DNA of 64,000 nucleotides, taken from NCBI GenBank assembly GCA_045598525.1, contig JAZLMH010000006.1, positions 2,375 to 66,374 on the forward strand. The letters run 5' to 3'. This stretch comes from Bacilli bacterium. Its GTDB lineage: Bacteria > Bacillota_I > Bacilli_A > RFN20 > CAG-826. Numbering within the stretch: the stretch's first letter is position 1; every line of letters begins with the position of its first letter. This document shows positions 14,882-23,922 of this stretch, piece by piece. The notes below the pieces were generated by a model. That model was given only the letters and a program-made list of their open reading frames with translations, ran no database searches and was not told the DNA's origin. A program made the position numbers and the translations under genes.

Positions 14882-16795
14882 ATGCCTATTGTGGAAGCTA
14901 TTTGTCCAGAGTGTGGTGCAAAAATAAAAGTTAATTCAAATGCCAAAGGAGAATTGAGATGTCCGTTTTGCGGTAGTTCTTTTGACGCTCAATCTGTTCT
15001 AAACGGATCAACAAGTTTATCCAACTCAAAAATAGATGAAATATCTGAAAACGAGCAAGAAGCAGCTCCATTATTTGCAAAGTATCGTAGTAAAGACTTT
15101 TTATCTTTGGATAAAATGTCGGATGAATTTATGGTTTCTCATCCAAATAATCCTTATGGCTACCTATTCCAAGCTATTGCTACTGCGCATGCGGCGAATC
15201 CGTTAAAACTAACTCAATATACATGGTGCTCTTACAATAATGATTTAGAAAGAGTAACAGGAGTTGCAACTCCAGATTTTAATACATCATGTTCATCTTT
15301 GATTCCAGCAGTCAGAGAAAATTATATTGCGGCTTTAAAATGTCAAACTCCTACTGATGCATTATTAGATTTATTTTATGAACAACTCAATCAATTGGTT
15401 GAAGTGTTCAATGGCTCCGGCATGAAAAGAGGCTTGTTATTGAAGGAAGGGTATAAATCTACAACACAAACTGATAATCCTCGTGCGTATTTATGTGATT
15501 ACTTGCTTGAAGTTTTCCCTGATTTTATTTCTGAACTCGTTGATGAATTGATAAAAATGGGATTAAAGGACCGTTTTAAAGAACGTACTAAAGAATTTTA
15601 TTTATCACTGAAGAAAAACCTAGTAACTCGTGAAAATCTTCGCATCTACAAAAAACTTGGAAGCACGTTTGCGAAATTAGAAGAAATCATTGGCGATCCT
15701 ATCGACGTCGAAATTCCAAAAGATCCAGAATTAGAAAAGGTTTTAAATTATCGCTATATTACGGCGGTTAAGTTAGCACGAAGAATGGAAATGCTCGAAA
15801 AAATCGGTCTAGGCATTTTTGCTGGAGGTTTAATATTTGCCGTTGCAATGATTTGGGCTGAAGGCATTTCTTTTATAGGGCTTGGCATTATGCTTGTAGG
15901 TCTTGCTATATTTGCTTTTGCGATATTTGATGAAAAGAAGCGTCCTGCAATATATCGCGACGGACACTGCGATGCATGCCACGGTTCATTAGAAGCGGCA
16001 GAAATAGAAATCGAATCTGTTAAGACAACAATGAATCCCATCGAATTTTTAGCTTATTTAATTTCTAAAGGCGGAAATTCAAACAAAGGACACCGTGTTA
16101 AAGCTGTAACAAATTATGTTTGCCCGTATTGCGAAAACAAAGGAACGAAGATTGTTCAAGCTAACGTTAATCGTAAAGGGCAGGACAAAGCTGCTGCTCA
16201 AATAGCTTGTGCAAATACACTTCATGATGCTGAGCATATTCCGTTCTTCAACCAAATTGGAATTAACGAAGTAAATGAGGCATTAGCAAAAGATGCGAAT
16301 GCATTAGAGATGCCGGGTTCAGCAACTAGCGACAATACTGCAGCATTTGAGAAAATAACAAAAGAAGATCCATTGACCACTTTAAATTCTACTACAGATA
16401 TTGTTAATGTTTTCACACTTGCTTTAAATAGCTTTTTGTCCCATTTGTTTATAATCGGAGGTATTGTTCTTTTAAGTTTAACGCCAGAATTTCATTTATT
16501 GAGTTTGTGTATTATAATTCTTGGAATTATGTTATCGATATATCCTATATTATTGGGAACAACAGAAATTATATTTTATCCACATGGAATTGTTAAAAAG
16601 ACTTTATTTTTTAAAACAGTAATCGAAGGAAATATGTCTGAATTTAGCATTCGAAATCGTTTGAGTATCGGAGTATTTAGCCTATATTCTCTTTACCACA
16701 CAAAATCTAATAAATGCATAATAAGTAGTAATCTATTAGTTTTAGGAAATAAAGGTAAAGAAAAACTCGAAGAAATCGGTATTTCTGATAAATGA
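14882..16795 (+). CDS. large membrane protein with two zinc-ribbon modules
   Basis: N-terminal CPECG..CPFCG, central TM pair, CDACHG..CPYCENKG, C-terminal TM cluster. No family recognised. Confidence 0.6.
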   Translation: MPIVEAICPECGAKIKVNSNAKGELRCPFCGSSFDAQSVLNGSTSLSNSKIDEISENEQEAAPLFAKYRSKDFLSLDKMSDEFMVSHPNNPYGYLFQAIATAHAANPLKLTQYTWCSYNNDLERVTGVATPDFNTSCSSLIPAVRENYIAALKCQTPTDALLDLFYEQLNQLVEVFNGSGMKRGLLLKEGYKSTTQTDNPRAYLCDYLLEVFPDFISELVDELIKMGLKDRFKERTKEFYLSLKKNLVTRENLRIYKKLGSTFAKLEEIIGDPIDVEIPKDPELEKVLNYRYITAVKLARRMEMLEKIGLGIFAGGLIFAVAMIWAEGISFIGLGIMLVGLAIFAFAIFDEKKRPAIYRDGHCDACHGSLEAAEIEIESVKTTMNPIEFLAYLISKGGNSNKGHRVKAVTNYVCPYCENKGTKIVQANVNRKGQDKAAAQIACANTLHDAEHIPFFNQIGINEVNEALAKDANALEMPGSATSDNTAAFEKITKEDPLTTLNSTTDIVNVFTLALNSFLSHLFIIGGIVLLSLTPEFHLLSLCIIILGIMLSIYPILLGTTEIIFYPHGIVKKTLFFKTVIEGNMSEFSIRNRLSIGVFSLYSLYHTKSNKCIISSNLLVLGNKGKEKLEEIGISDK

Positions 16796-16823
16796 GTTTG
16801 AAATAAAACACAAGAAACATTTT

Positions 16824-16851
16824 GGTAGATGTTATTCATCTACCTTTTTTA
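16824..16851 (+). terminator. intrinsic terminator
   Basis: GGTAGATG-ttatt-CATCTACC followed by TTTTTT. Confidence 0.7.
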
Positions 16852-17206
16852 TTGCATGACATGCATATCATACATCTAAAAATTGAAAGTCCCGAGTAGG
16901 AAAGCATTAGTAACCGCATAGCTAAACTCAAGTCAAGTATTGTTAGATAGGAGAGCGTGTCAAATAGACCGGGCAAGGAAAAGAAACCTGATATAAAGCG
17001 ACCAATTAGTGAATTTAAGGAGACTCAAAGTCGAAAAAGGCTTGTCACCATTAGTCAGCATAGTCCGTTGAATGAACTTATTAATCAAATCAAAAGCCGT
17101 GAGTATAAACCGCAACCTAGCGGTCAATATAAGAGGGCAATTTTGCGTGATTCATAAAAGGTTCAAATTAGTGCTTAAAGCAAGAACAGTGCATGTTTTA
17201 CGTTTT

Positions 17207-17992
17207 TTATGAAGGACAAACAGACCCAATTCCAGCATTGCTTGCTAATGTTAAGCCCTCTGGAAGTCGCTCTTTTAGTTCCTCGGCATAGTCTTTAGTG
17301 GTCTTGTAATACGCTTCTGCTATAGCACAACTAATAGCGGCCGTCGTATCACAATCTCCACCAATACTAATCGTGGTTCTAAGGCAATCTTCGAAATCTG
17401 TTGAGATTAAGAAACAGAAGATTGCTTGAGGAACTGAGTTTTGACAGGTTTCGTTGAACCAATAGTTCTTCCTAAGATCTTCGTAATCGAAATCTAAGTT
17501 GTAATATTGCTCAACATACTTTTTGATGAACTCTTTGGATTTGCCAATGCGTGCATAGAAAACACACATAGCAGTTACTTCTGCGCCTTTTAGTCCTTCT
17601 GGATGGTTATGAGTTACTTCAGTAACTCTTTTTGAAAGATATTTGACCTCTTCTTCTGAGTTTGCGTACCAGCCAACCGGGGACACTCTCATTGCAGCGC
17701 CGTTACCAAACGAGCCATATGGTTCTCTGTCATCAGTGAATAACCAATGCCAGAATCTTCCACCGTATCCTGCGTCAGGATAGTTTCTGCCCCACTTCTT
17801 GAACGTGTCGATAATACGGTCGTTTGTATCATCGAAGACATATCCTTTTTGTAGGCATTCTTGAACCGCAAGAGTCATATAAGAGTCATCAGTCATTCTT
17901 GATTCCTTGCTGAAAAGAGGGAAATCTTTGGTTCTTATGTTGTTGAATTCATATACGGAGCCAACAATATCTCCGATAATTGCACCAATCAT
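17207..17992 (-). CDS. ADP-ribosylglycohydrolase (ARH/DraG) family protein
   Basis: MIGAIIGDIVGS..MTDDS..GNGAAMRVSP..GGDCDTTAAI. Start moved to Met18 of the tracked ORF (AAGGAGA SD). Confidence 0.85.
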   Translation of the reverse strand: MIGAIIGDIVGSVYEFNNIRTKDFPLFSKESRMTDDSYMTLAVQECLQKGYVFDDTNDRIIDTFKKWGRNYPDAGYGGRFWHWLFTDDREPYGSFGNGAAMRVSPVGWYANSEEEVKYLSKRVTEVTHNHPEGLKGAEVTAMCVFYARIGKSKEFIKKYVEQYYNLDFDYEDLRKNYWFNETCQNSVPQAIFCFLISTDFEDCLRTTISIGGDCDTTAAISCAIAEAYYKTTKDYAEELKERLPEGLTLASNAGIGSVCPS

Positions 17993-18014
17993 ATTTTTTG
18001 TTCTCCTTTTTATT

Positions 18015-18398
18015 TTACGCAGTTCTGGCCTGATGATAAGCACAGAAATCTGGATTTAACGGGAAGCTTAGCCAATCGTTATACTTCAAGAAGTTTTCGT
18101 ATGACATATGGTCCTGAAGCAAGTAGTCCCACATATAAAGCTGAATCTGGTAATCAGTTAATTGATATTTCTGGCGAAGTTCATCAACTAGGCCATTTAA
18201 TTGCTTTTTTGTGAGATTAAGTTTGAATGTCGGCGTTTCCTGAAGGGTGATTTGGCAATGCATCGCACGTTTGAGAAGAACCTTTAAAGCCTCTTGCTTA
18301 TCCTCGTATTTGTTAAGGTATTTGATCATTTTTTCATCTCGAAAACCATCGAGTTCAAGCGTTACTGTTAAGCTTTCGAATTTCTTTTTTCTAGGCAT
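18015..18398 (-). CDS. hypothetical 127-aa protein (possible N-terminal RHH)
   Basis: Good SD. N-terminus has a beta-strand-then-helix pattern (SLTVTLELD..). In an operon with the ARH gene. Confidence 0.5.
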   Translation of the reverse strand: MPRKKKFESLTVTLELDGFRDEKMIKYLNKYEDKQEALKVLLKRAMHCQITLQETPTFKLNLTKKQLNGLVDELRQKYQLTDYQIQLYMWDYLLQDHMSYENFLKYNDWLSFPLNPDFCAYHQARTA

Positions 18399-18445
18399 TT
18401 CCTTTTTCCTTTCTTCTTTGTTTCTCTAAGGCAACGGGAACACTA

Positions 18446-18703
18446 CTAAGCCGTTGCCTTAGAGTTATTCGATGCTGAGCTATATCTTTTCAGTGGTATG
18501 ACGTCTAGTTCTGGATGTGCGTTTGCATATTTAATCACTTTTATAGCGAATCGAAGCGCTCTTCTAATGAATTCTTCTTTGTTTTTTGTTCGAACCAATG
18601 AAGCGATGATATCGTTATCGTTTGTCCTATCGAGCTGAAATTGCTCTAACACTTTGTCTTGTTCATCGAAGAGATTTTCATTACATTGTCTGGTCTTTTC
18701 CAT
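18446..18703 (-). CDS. hypothetical 85-aa protein
   Basis: ORF with SD. No motif recognised. Confidence 0.45.
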   Translation of the reverse strand: MEKTRQCNENLFDEQDKVLEQFQLDRTNDNDIIASLVRTKNKEEFIRRALRFAIKVIKYANAHPELDVIPLKRYSSASNNSKATA

Positions 18704-18893
18704 TTTCTTTTTCCTTTCTTGCTTCTTCTCTCATAAGGGCTTTAACTGTGCCTTCTTTATTCTGGAGGCTAGCAAGCCAATCAAGGATATCCTTGTCTTT
18801 TTCAAGATGGAGACGCATGTTGAACATCTTTGTGTGGGCTTTGTTCCACTTCATGGTCGCCCTTTTCTGGGCTTCTGTATATTTCGCGGCCAT
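18681..18893 (-). CDS. hypothetical 70-aa protein, RHH/Arc-like
   Basis: Start at internal Met (MAAKYTEAQKRA..) with GAGGAGGG SD, 1 nt after the upstream stop. ..FNMRLHLEKDKDILDWL.. Confidence 0.45.
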   Translation of the reverse strand: MAAKYTEAQKRATMKWNKAHTKMFNMRLHLEKDKDILDWLASLQNKEGTVKALMREEARKEKENGKDQTM

Positions 18894-18894
18894 C

Positions 18895-19170
18895 TTATTT
18901 GCCCTCCTCTTCGAAGTTGAACTCGAGGTCATCATCAAGACTGAGTTTGGTAATGCCAAGTTCTCTCATGAACGTGCGGAAGGATTCATCGCTAAATGTG
19001 CCTCTTGCCCACATGTTGATGCCGAATTCGACAAGAGTCGCTTCCTCGATGCCGATATCCTCGTTCTCCTCGATGAATTTTCTCATTAAGGCTTTGTCGC
19101 CTTTCCCCATTCTTTCGAAGTCGCCTTCCTCGTATTTAAGAAGGACTTTTTCTGTGTTTTCGTTTGCCAT
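18895..19170 (-). CDS. hypothetical 91-aa highly acidic protein
   Basis: First gene of a five-gene minus-strand cluster. AGGAGA SD. Confidence 0.5.
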   Translation of the reverse strand: MANENTEKVLLKYEEGDFERMGKGDKALMRKFIEENEDIGIEEATLVEFGINMWARGTFSDESFRTFMRELGITKLSLDDDLEFNFEEEGK

Positions 19171-19250
19171 ATTTTTTCTCCTTTCTGCCTTTTAGGCGTT
19201 ATAGCATTCGATATGTCTATCACCACTTTTTCTCCTCTTGGTTTTTTGAC

Positions 19251-19409
19251 CTAAGGGTGGAAAACAACAACCACCCTTAGATCTTTTAGCGGAAGGAGTA
19301 CCGCTTTGCTTGCCATCTGACTTAGAGGAACGACACACCTTTATAAGAAATGAAGAATAACAATGTTTAGAAAAGGAGGTTGGTGTGTCGCTCTTCTAAG
19401 CCAGATGGC
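19251..19409 (-). promoter_or_regulatory. structured leader/intergenic element upstream of the small-gene/ARH cluster
   Basis: 10-bp perfect hairpin CTAAGGGTGG/CCACCCTTAG (19251-80). 28-nt imperfect inverted repeat 19312-39 / 19382-409 around a 42-nt loop. Confidence 0.4.
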
Positions 19410-19570
19410 TTTGCCCTTTTTCTTGGGCCGAGGATATTGTGGCGTTATTAAAAAATCGTCTACTCCGCCTCGTGCGGTAATTTCTATATGTAAATGCCTA
19501 TTTTTCTTAGATGTCATCGAAGAAAAACAAAAACATTTTTTTCTTTGTTATTTTCTAAAAAACTCTATTG

Positions 19571-19603
19571 AAAAAGAAAAACGAGACCGTTATTCGATCT
19601 CGT
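19571..19603 (-). terminator. intrinsic terminator after the macro-domain gene
   Basis: ACGAGA/TCTCGT stem plus a U-run on the minus strand. Confidence 0.55.
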
Positions 19604-19608
19604 AATCC

Positions 19609-21027
19609 TTATTTTTTCTTTCTATATATGGTGTTTCTCTCATAGTGGGCGTATATGGAGTCACCAGTCATATAACAATATTTATTTAAGAAGTTAGGAA
19701 CCAGCTCATCAGAATTCTTCGCTTCGTTTTTTAGTATGTCATCAAGGCACGTCTGGAGAGCGATGTCGTGTATTTCATATTTCGACAATGAATATCCGCA
19801 GAAACTAAGCAACCATTCTATTTGCCTTTTTGTCATGGATAAGGCTAGACCCGCTAAAACAACATGAGGTTTAATTGGCCTTTTCCAAACCTGATAATGC
19901 TTATCGTGTTCTACATGCCAACCCCAAAGAGTGTTTTCTAAGGTCTCTACTTCGTTTTTGCTCTTCTTTTTGGCTTTATAGGTTCCATCTTCAACTTTGT
20001 CGTTATAGTCTTCTACCAAATCGCCGATGTTACTTTTTATGCAGTCCCACCCATAAGCTTTCCTTTGCTTTGTGTATGGGTCTTTCTTTTTGAACCCATA
20101 TTCAAGGAATTTGTTTATTACTTGTGAGAATGAGTCCCCTTCTTTAACGCCTATTTTCTCCATATCTATTGTGACAAATAAGCCACTTTCATCAGGAATG
20201 CCTTTATGTCTTAAGTTTGGTTTTTCGTGGCGATGGAACTTGTCAAAATCAAAAACGACCGGTTTTGATGCTTTTGATTTTGTGTACGAGATTTTATGCG
20301 GGAATCTATCGCTTTCTTCATCGAAAAAGCCTCTTAACCTGCCATAGGTCTCTCTAACGGTTTCGTAAATTATCTGTTTCGGAAGCGAAGGGTGCATGGC
20401 CTCGCAATAACGCAGGGAGTCTTCGATTTTATAGTTGCCTTCTTGGACAAATTCTATGATTTGATCTCTGATAAGGGCTAGCTCGTCTTCTGACAATTTC
20501 TTATGGGAAGATGAATCTTCACTTATATTCATTGTTGTTTCGTAGACATAATGCTCAACATCATAGACGTCGATAAAGATATCCATGTTTGGATGTTCCT
20601 TAGAGAAGGCATATCCAGACTCTTTTGCCGCTTTGAGGGATTCGAACGTCTGATACCCGTTAGCGCCTGCCCCGATTGTTGGGACTAAGATGGATCTCAC
20701 ACCTTCGTCATAGGCTGTTTGAAAGGCTTTTAGATAGGCCCCTACCAATTTCGACAATTGTTCATCGTCATCTTCTTTGAATGGTGTGATTACGTGAACT
20801 ATGTATTTGCAGTCTAACCCATAGCTTTCTGTTACGAAGGATTCTCCAATTGTCAAAGAAGAGCCTCTTTCGATTATTTCTTTTTCTAGTCTCTCATCGG
20901 TTTTTTCTAAGATCGATCTACAAAGCCTGCCGAAAATCTTAATCCTATTGGGACCAGGGCCTAAGGAATTGAGGATTCCATCGCCATCATAGTCGGTGAC
21001 GTTCTTGGATGAAACAATGCTATACAT
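19609..21027 (-). CDS. macro-domain protein fused to an uncharacterised C-terminal region (possible HTH at the end)
   Basis: GESFVTESYGLDCKYIVHVITP and SILVPTIGAGANGY fit macro-domain motifs. Starts 15 nt after the upstream ATPase gene. Confidence 0.65.
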   Translation of the reverse strand: MYSIVSSKNVTDYDGDGILNSLGPGPNRIKIFGRLCRSILEKTDERLEKEIIERGSSLTIGESFVTESYGLDCKYIVHVITPFKEDDDEQLSKLVGAYLKAFQTAYDEGVRSILVPTIGAGANGYQTFESLKAAKESGYAFSKEHPNMDIFIDVYDVEHYVYETTMNISEDSSSHKKLSEDELALIRDQIIEFVQEGNYKIEDSLRYCEAMHPSLPKQIIYETVRETYGRLRGFFDEESDRFPHKISYTKSKASKPVVFDFDKFHRHEKPNLRHKGIPDESGLFVTIDMEKIGVKEGDSFSQVINKFLEYGFKKKDPYTKQRKAYGWDCIKSNIGDLVEDYNDKVEDGTYKAKKKSKNEVETLENTLWGWHVEHDKHYQVWKRPIKPHVVLAGLALSMTKRQIEWLLSFCGYSLSKYEIHDIALQTCLDDILKNEAKNSDELVPNFLNKYCYMTGDSIYAHYERNTIYRKKK

Positions 21028-21042
21028 ACGCTTCCCCTTTAT

Positions 21043-23922
21043 TTATTGAGGCTTTCTGCTCTCATGGCAGGTGTAATAAAGCACCTGGTTGTTGTTTGAG
21101 AGTGATTTTATTGTGTTTAATGCGCTTCCGATGTTCTTGTCATCTAAATAGATGAGAGGGTCATCTAAGGTGATGAATGGTTTTTCGTCTTTATACATCT
21201 CATCCATGACTGCGAAGCGGATGCAAAGGTATAGGCAGGCTTTCTGGCCTTCGGAAAGATGGTCTTTCTTTGTGGTGATGCCGTTATTATTGAAGGTGAC
21301 ATTGAAGTCCATGCCGATCTTGGCGTTTTCACCGATGGCCTTATTGATTTCGTTAGCGTACTTCTCGAAGTGTTTTTCGATTGGTCCAATGTATTTCTTA
21401 CGGAGGACTTCTTCTGCTTGATCAAGGTACTTCTTTGTCATCTCGAGGACTCCATGTTTTGCTTGGAGTTCGTCGATTGACTCTAAGGTGTTTTTGATTT
21501 TCTCTTCGATGATTGGTTTTTCGTCGATTCTTGCGTCATCCATTTCGATTTCGTTATCTTTTGCGGCAAGTTCTTTATTTAACTCATCGCGTTTCTCTAT
21601 GAGTGACACTTTATCGAAGGTCTTGTTGATGAGCTGAGGTTTTGTGTCTTCGAGGCTCTTCTCTTCTTTGTATGAGGCTGCTGAAGATGTGAGTTTTCCA
21701 ATATCTTCTTCCGCTTTGGTGAGGGTCATCTTGTCAGAAAGAAGGGATTCTCTTATTTCAGAAAGGTTCTCGTTTTCTTTTATGCCCATCTTCTTAAGTT
21801 TCTCTTCGATGGTTTTTGTTGCTTCTTTGACGAGTTCTTCTGCTTTCTTATAGCTTGACTCTTTTGCTAAAAGCTCCCTAAAGGAAGAGGACTCTATCTC
21901 GATGATCTTTGCTTGCTCAAAGACGTTAGATTCTCTAGAAAGAGAATATTTAGCAAGAAGCTCATCGATGGATTTGAGGGTTTCTTCTAATGAGGCTTTT
22001 GTTGTCGTTTCTTTCTTATCGCTTTCTTCTTTGAGGGCTATGAGTCTTTGATATTCGGAAACACTGGTGCTTAATGAAGAGATGGCGAGGTTATAGTCAT
22101 CTTCTTTTATTAAATATCTTTCAAAGAAAGATCTCACTTCCTCTTTGAGGGTTTTGAGGGTTTCTTCGTCTTGTCTTTTTTCTTCTGAGGCTTTCTTTTC
22201 CTCTTCTAAAATCGATTCGTATTCCTTGATGTCGGATTTAAGGATTTCGAGGTTATTTGCAAAGTCGCTTCCTGAGATGCGGAATCTAACGAAGAAGGCG
22301 GCTAGCTCTTCTTGGAGAGGGGCGTTAGCGATATCGATCTCATTAAGGGATTTCTGGGCGTCTTGGTTGATTGTTGTGATGGTTTTAGGACCACCGAGCT
22401 TAATGAAGAAGGCAAGAACTCCAATGACTGCAAGAACTGCTCCTACGATGAGCAATGGGATGTTTTGGATGATGGCGCCCACTACCGCTAAAGCAAGGCC
22501 TAAGCCACCAATGGAACCTCCAATGATTTTGCTAAGGTTATTTGGTTTTTCATTTTGGCCAATTGTGATGGTGAGGTTATTTGTGAGGGCTCTTTTCTTT
22601 GCTTCGTTTTCCTTGTGCTTAGTGACTAATCCTTCGATTTTATTTAGTTCTTCTTCGCTAGGCGTTCCATCAAAGAATTCTTTTTTGAGCTTTCCATATC
22701 TTTCAGACACACTGACCGATCTTGGGGCGAGTTTATCTTCAAGCCTATTGATCTGAGAGATCTTATAGCTTGTTTCTTTTAATTCTGAATCTTCTGGGAT
22801 TCCTTCTCTGAAGGAAAGTGAAAGCTTATTGAGGCTTTCTTCATCTTCTTTCGTAAGTGAGGATTTAGTGTTTTCTTGGAACTGGTTCACTTTCCAGGCT
22901 TGGTCTTTTAATGATGAGGCATCTAGCGTTGAAAGAGGGCCGCTTGGGTACTTCTTCTTTAATTGCTCAAGTTGCCCTTCTTCACTTGGAAGGAGGACTT
23001 TGTCTTTACAAATCGAGTCTTGGGTTTCTTTTTCCGTTATTGCTTTATTGAGGCTTTCGATATCTTCATCAAGAGGGAATCCGTTAGGGTATTTCTCTAG
23101 GATTTCTTCCTTCTTCTTTTTTGCTTCCTCGATTTCAGAAAGCTTAAGCTCATAGGCTTCCCAGTTGGCTTCGATGATCTCTTGGTCTTTGGAGGCGCTA
23201 AGGGTATTCTCCACTTCTAAGAGCTCATCTTTGATCTTTTTGCGGTCTTCGAGCTTCTGCTCTTTTGCGTTTTCGAGTTCTTCGATTGCTTTGAGTTGGT
23301 TTTTTAGGTCGATGATTTCATCTTGTTTGATATCGATTTGGCCTTTTGAACCACGGTTTCCTGGTCTTTTGATGGCCTTGATCTTCTCATCTATCTTTAT
23401 GGCAAGGGTCTCATATGAGAGGTTTTCTTCTGTTCCTTCGACGATGCCATAGAGTTTCTTCTTGATGGAGTCAGTTCTATTTACGTCTAAGTCAGTCGAG
23501 GAGATGAAAGCTGTTCTTTCAAATGATTCTCTATCGATGCCAAAGAAGTGTTCGCCAAGGTTAATACCTTTAAGGACTTCGTTTCCTTTGCTATCAAAGA
23601 CTTTGGTTTTGTCTTTTGTTTCTGATTTGATGTCGAATGTTTTCTCGATGCGGTATGTTTCATAATTCACTTCGATGGTGAGGGTTCCTCCAAAGGAGGT
23701 TTCTCCAAATGGGCAATAATGTTCTCTATCAGGGATCTTGTTTTCTTTCTTTGAGGTGGCTCTAACTGTGTCCATGCCAAAAAGCATGGCCTTGATGAAA
23801 GAGGCTGTTGTGGTTTTGCCACTTCCATTATCTTCGATGAAGGTGTTTAGGCCGTCGGTGAAGTCTATGACTTTGTTCTTAAGGCAACCGAATTTGTTGA
23901 TTTCCGCTTTGATGATTTTCAT
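21043..23922 (-). CDS. SbcC/Rad50-like (YhaN/SbcE-like) AAA ATPase with a central TM hairpin
   Basis: Walker A GSGKTT at the N-terminus. LSEGQK signature and ITLDDP Walker B at the C-terminus. Long coiled coils. aa ~465-510 form two hydrophobic helices. Confidence 0.8.
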   Translation of the reverse strand: MKIIKAEINKFGCLKNKVIDFTDGLNTFIEDNGSGKTTTASFIKAMLFGMDTVRATSKKENKIPDREHYCPFGETSFGGTLTIEVNYETYRIEKTFDIKSETKDKTKVFDSKGNEVLKGINLGEHFFGIDRESFERTAFISSTDLDVNRTDSIKKKLYGIVEGTEENLSYETLAIKIDEKIKAIKRPGNRGSKGQIDIKQDEIIDLKNQLKAIEELENAKEQKLEDRKKIKDELLEVENTLSASKDQEIIEANWEAYELKLSEIEEAKKKKEEILEKYPNGFPLDEDIESLNKAITEKETQDSICKDKVLLPSEEGQLEQLKKKYPSGPLSTLDASSLKDQAWKVNQFQENTKSSLTKEDEESLNKLSLSFREGIPEDSELKETSYKISQINRLEDKLAPRSVSVSERYGKLKKEFFDGTPSEEELNKIEGLVTKHKENEAKKRALTNNLTITIGQNEKPNNLSKIIGGSIGGLGLALAVVGAIIQNIPLLIVGAVLAVIGVLAFFIKLGGPKTITTINQDAQKSLNEIDIANAPLQEELAAFFVRFRISGSDFANNLEILKSDIKEYESILEEEKKASEEKRQDEETLKTLKEEVRSFFERYLIKEDDYNLAISSLSTSVSEYQRLIALKEESDKKETTTKASLEETLKSIDELLAKYSLSRESNVFEQAKIIEIESSSFRELLAKESSYKKAEELVKEATKTIEEKLKKMGIKENENLSEIRESLLSDKMTLTKAEEDIGKLTSSAASYKEEKSLEDTKPQLINKTFDKVSLIEKRDELNKELAAKDNEIEMDDARIDEKPIIEEKIKNTLESIDELQAKHGVLEMTKKYLDQAEEVLRKKYIGPIEKHFEKYANEINKAIGENAKIGMDFNVTFNNNGITTKKDHLSEGQKACLYLCIRFAVMDEMYKDEKPFITLDDPLIYLDDKNIGSALNTIKSLSNNNQVLYYTCHESRKPQ

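Noticed and set aside
16957-17157. 66-aa ORF with a GTG start.
   Set aside because: No SD, a basic low-complexity sequence, and a position in the gap after a strong terminator. Not supported.
9500-21100. Prophage, ICE or transposon explaining the accessory-looking genes.
   Set aside because: No integrase, recombinase, transposase, terminase, capsid or conjugation gene is recognisable, and no flanking direct repeats were found. At most this is a decayed island.
22145-22756. 203-aa plus-strand ORF. Similar long antisense ORFs occur at 28639..29190, 36622..37071, 46395..46943, 48779..49357 and 55177..55749.
   Set aside because: Each lies entirely antisense to a gene with clear motifs (SbcC-like, AddA, lipoproteins). 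The sequences are low-complexity Ser/Leu/Gln-rich with no SD. They are shadow ORFs created by biased codon usage.
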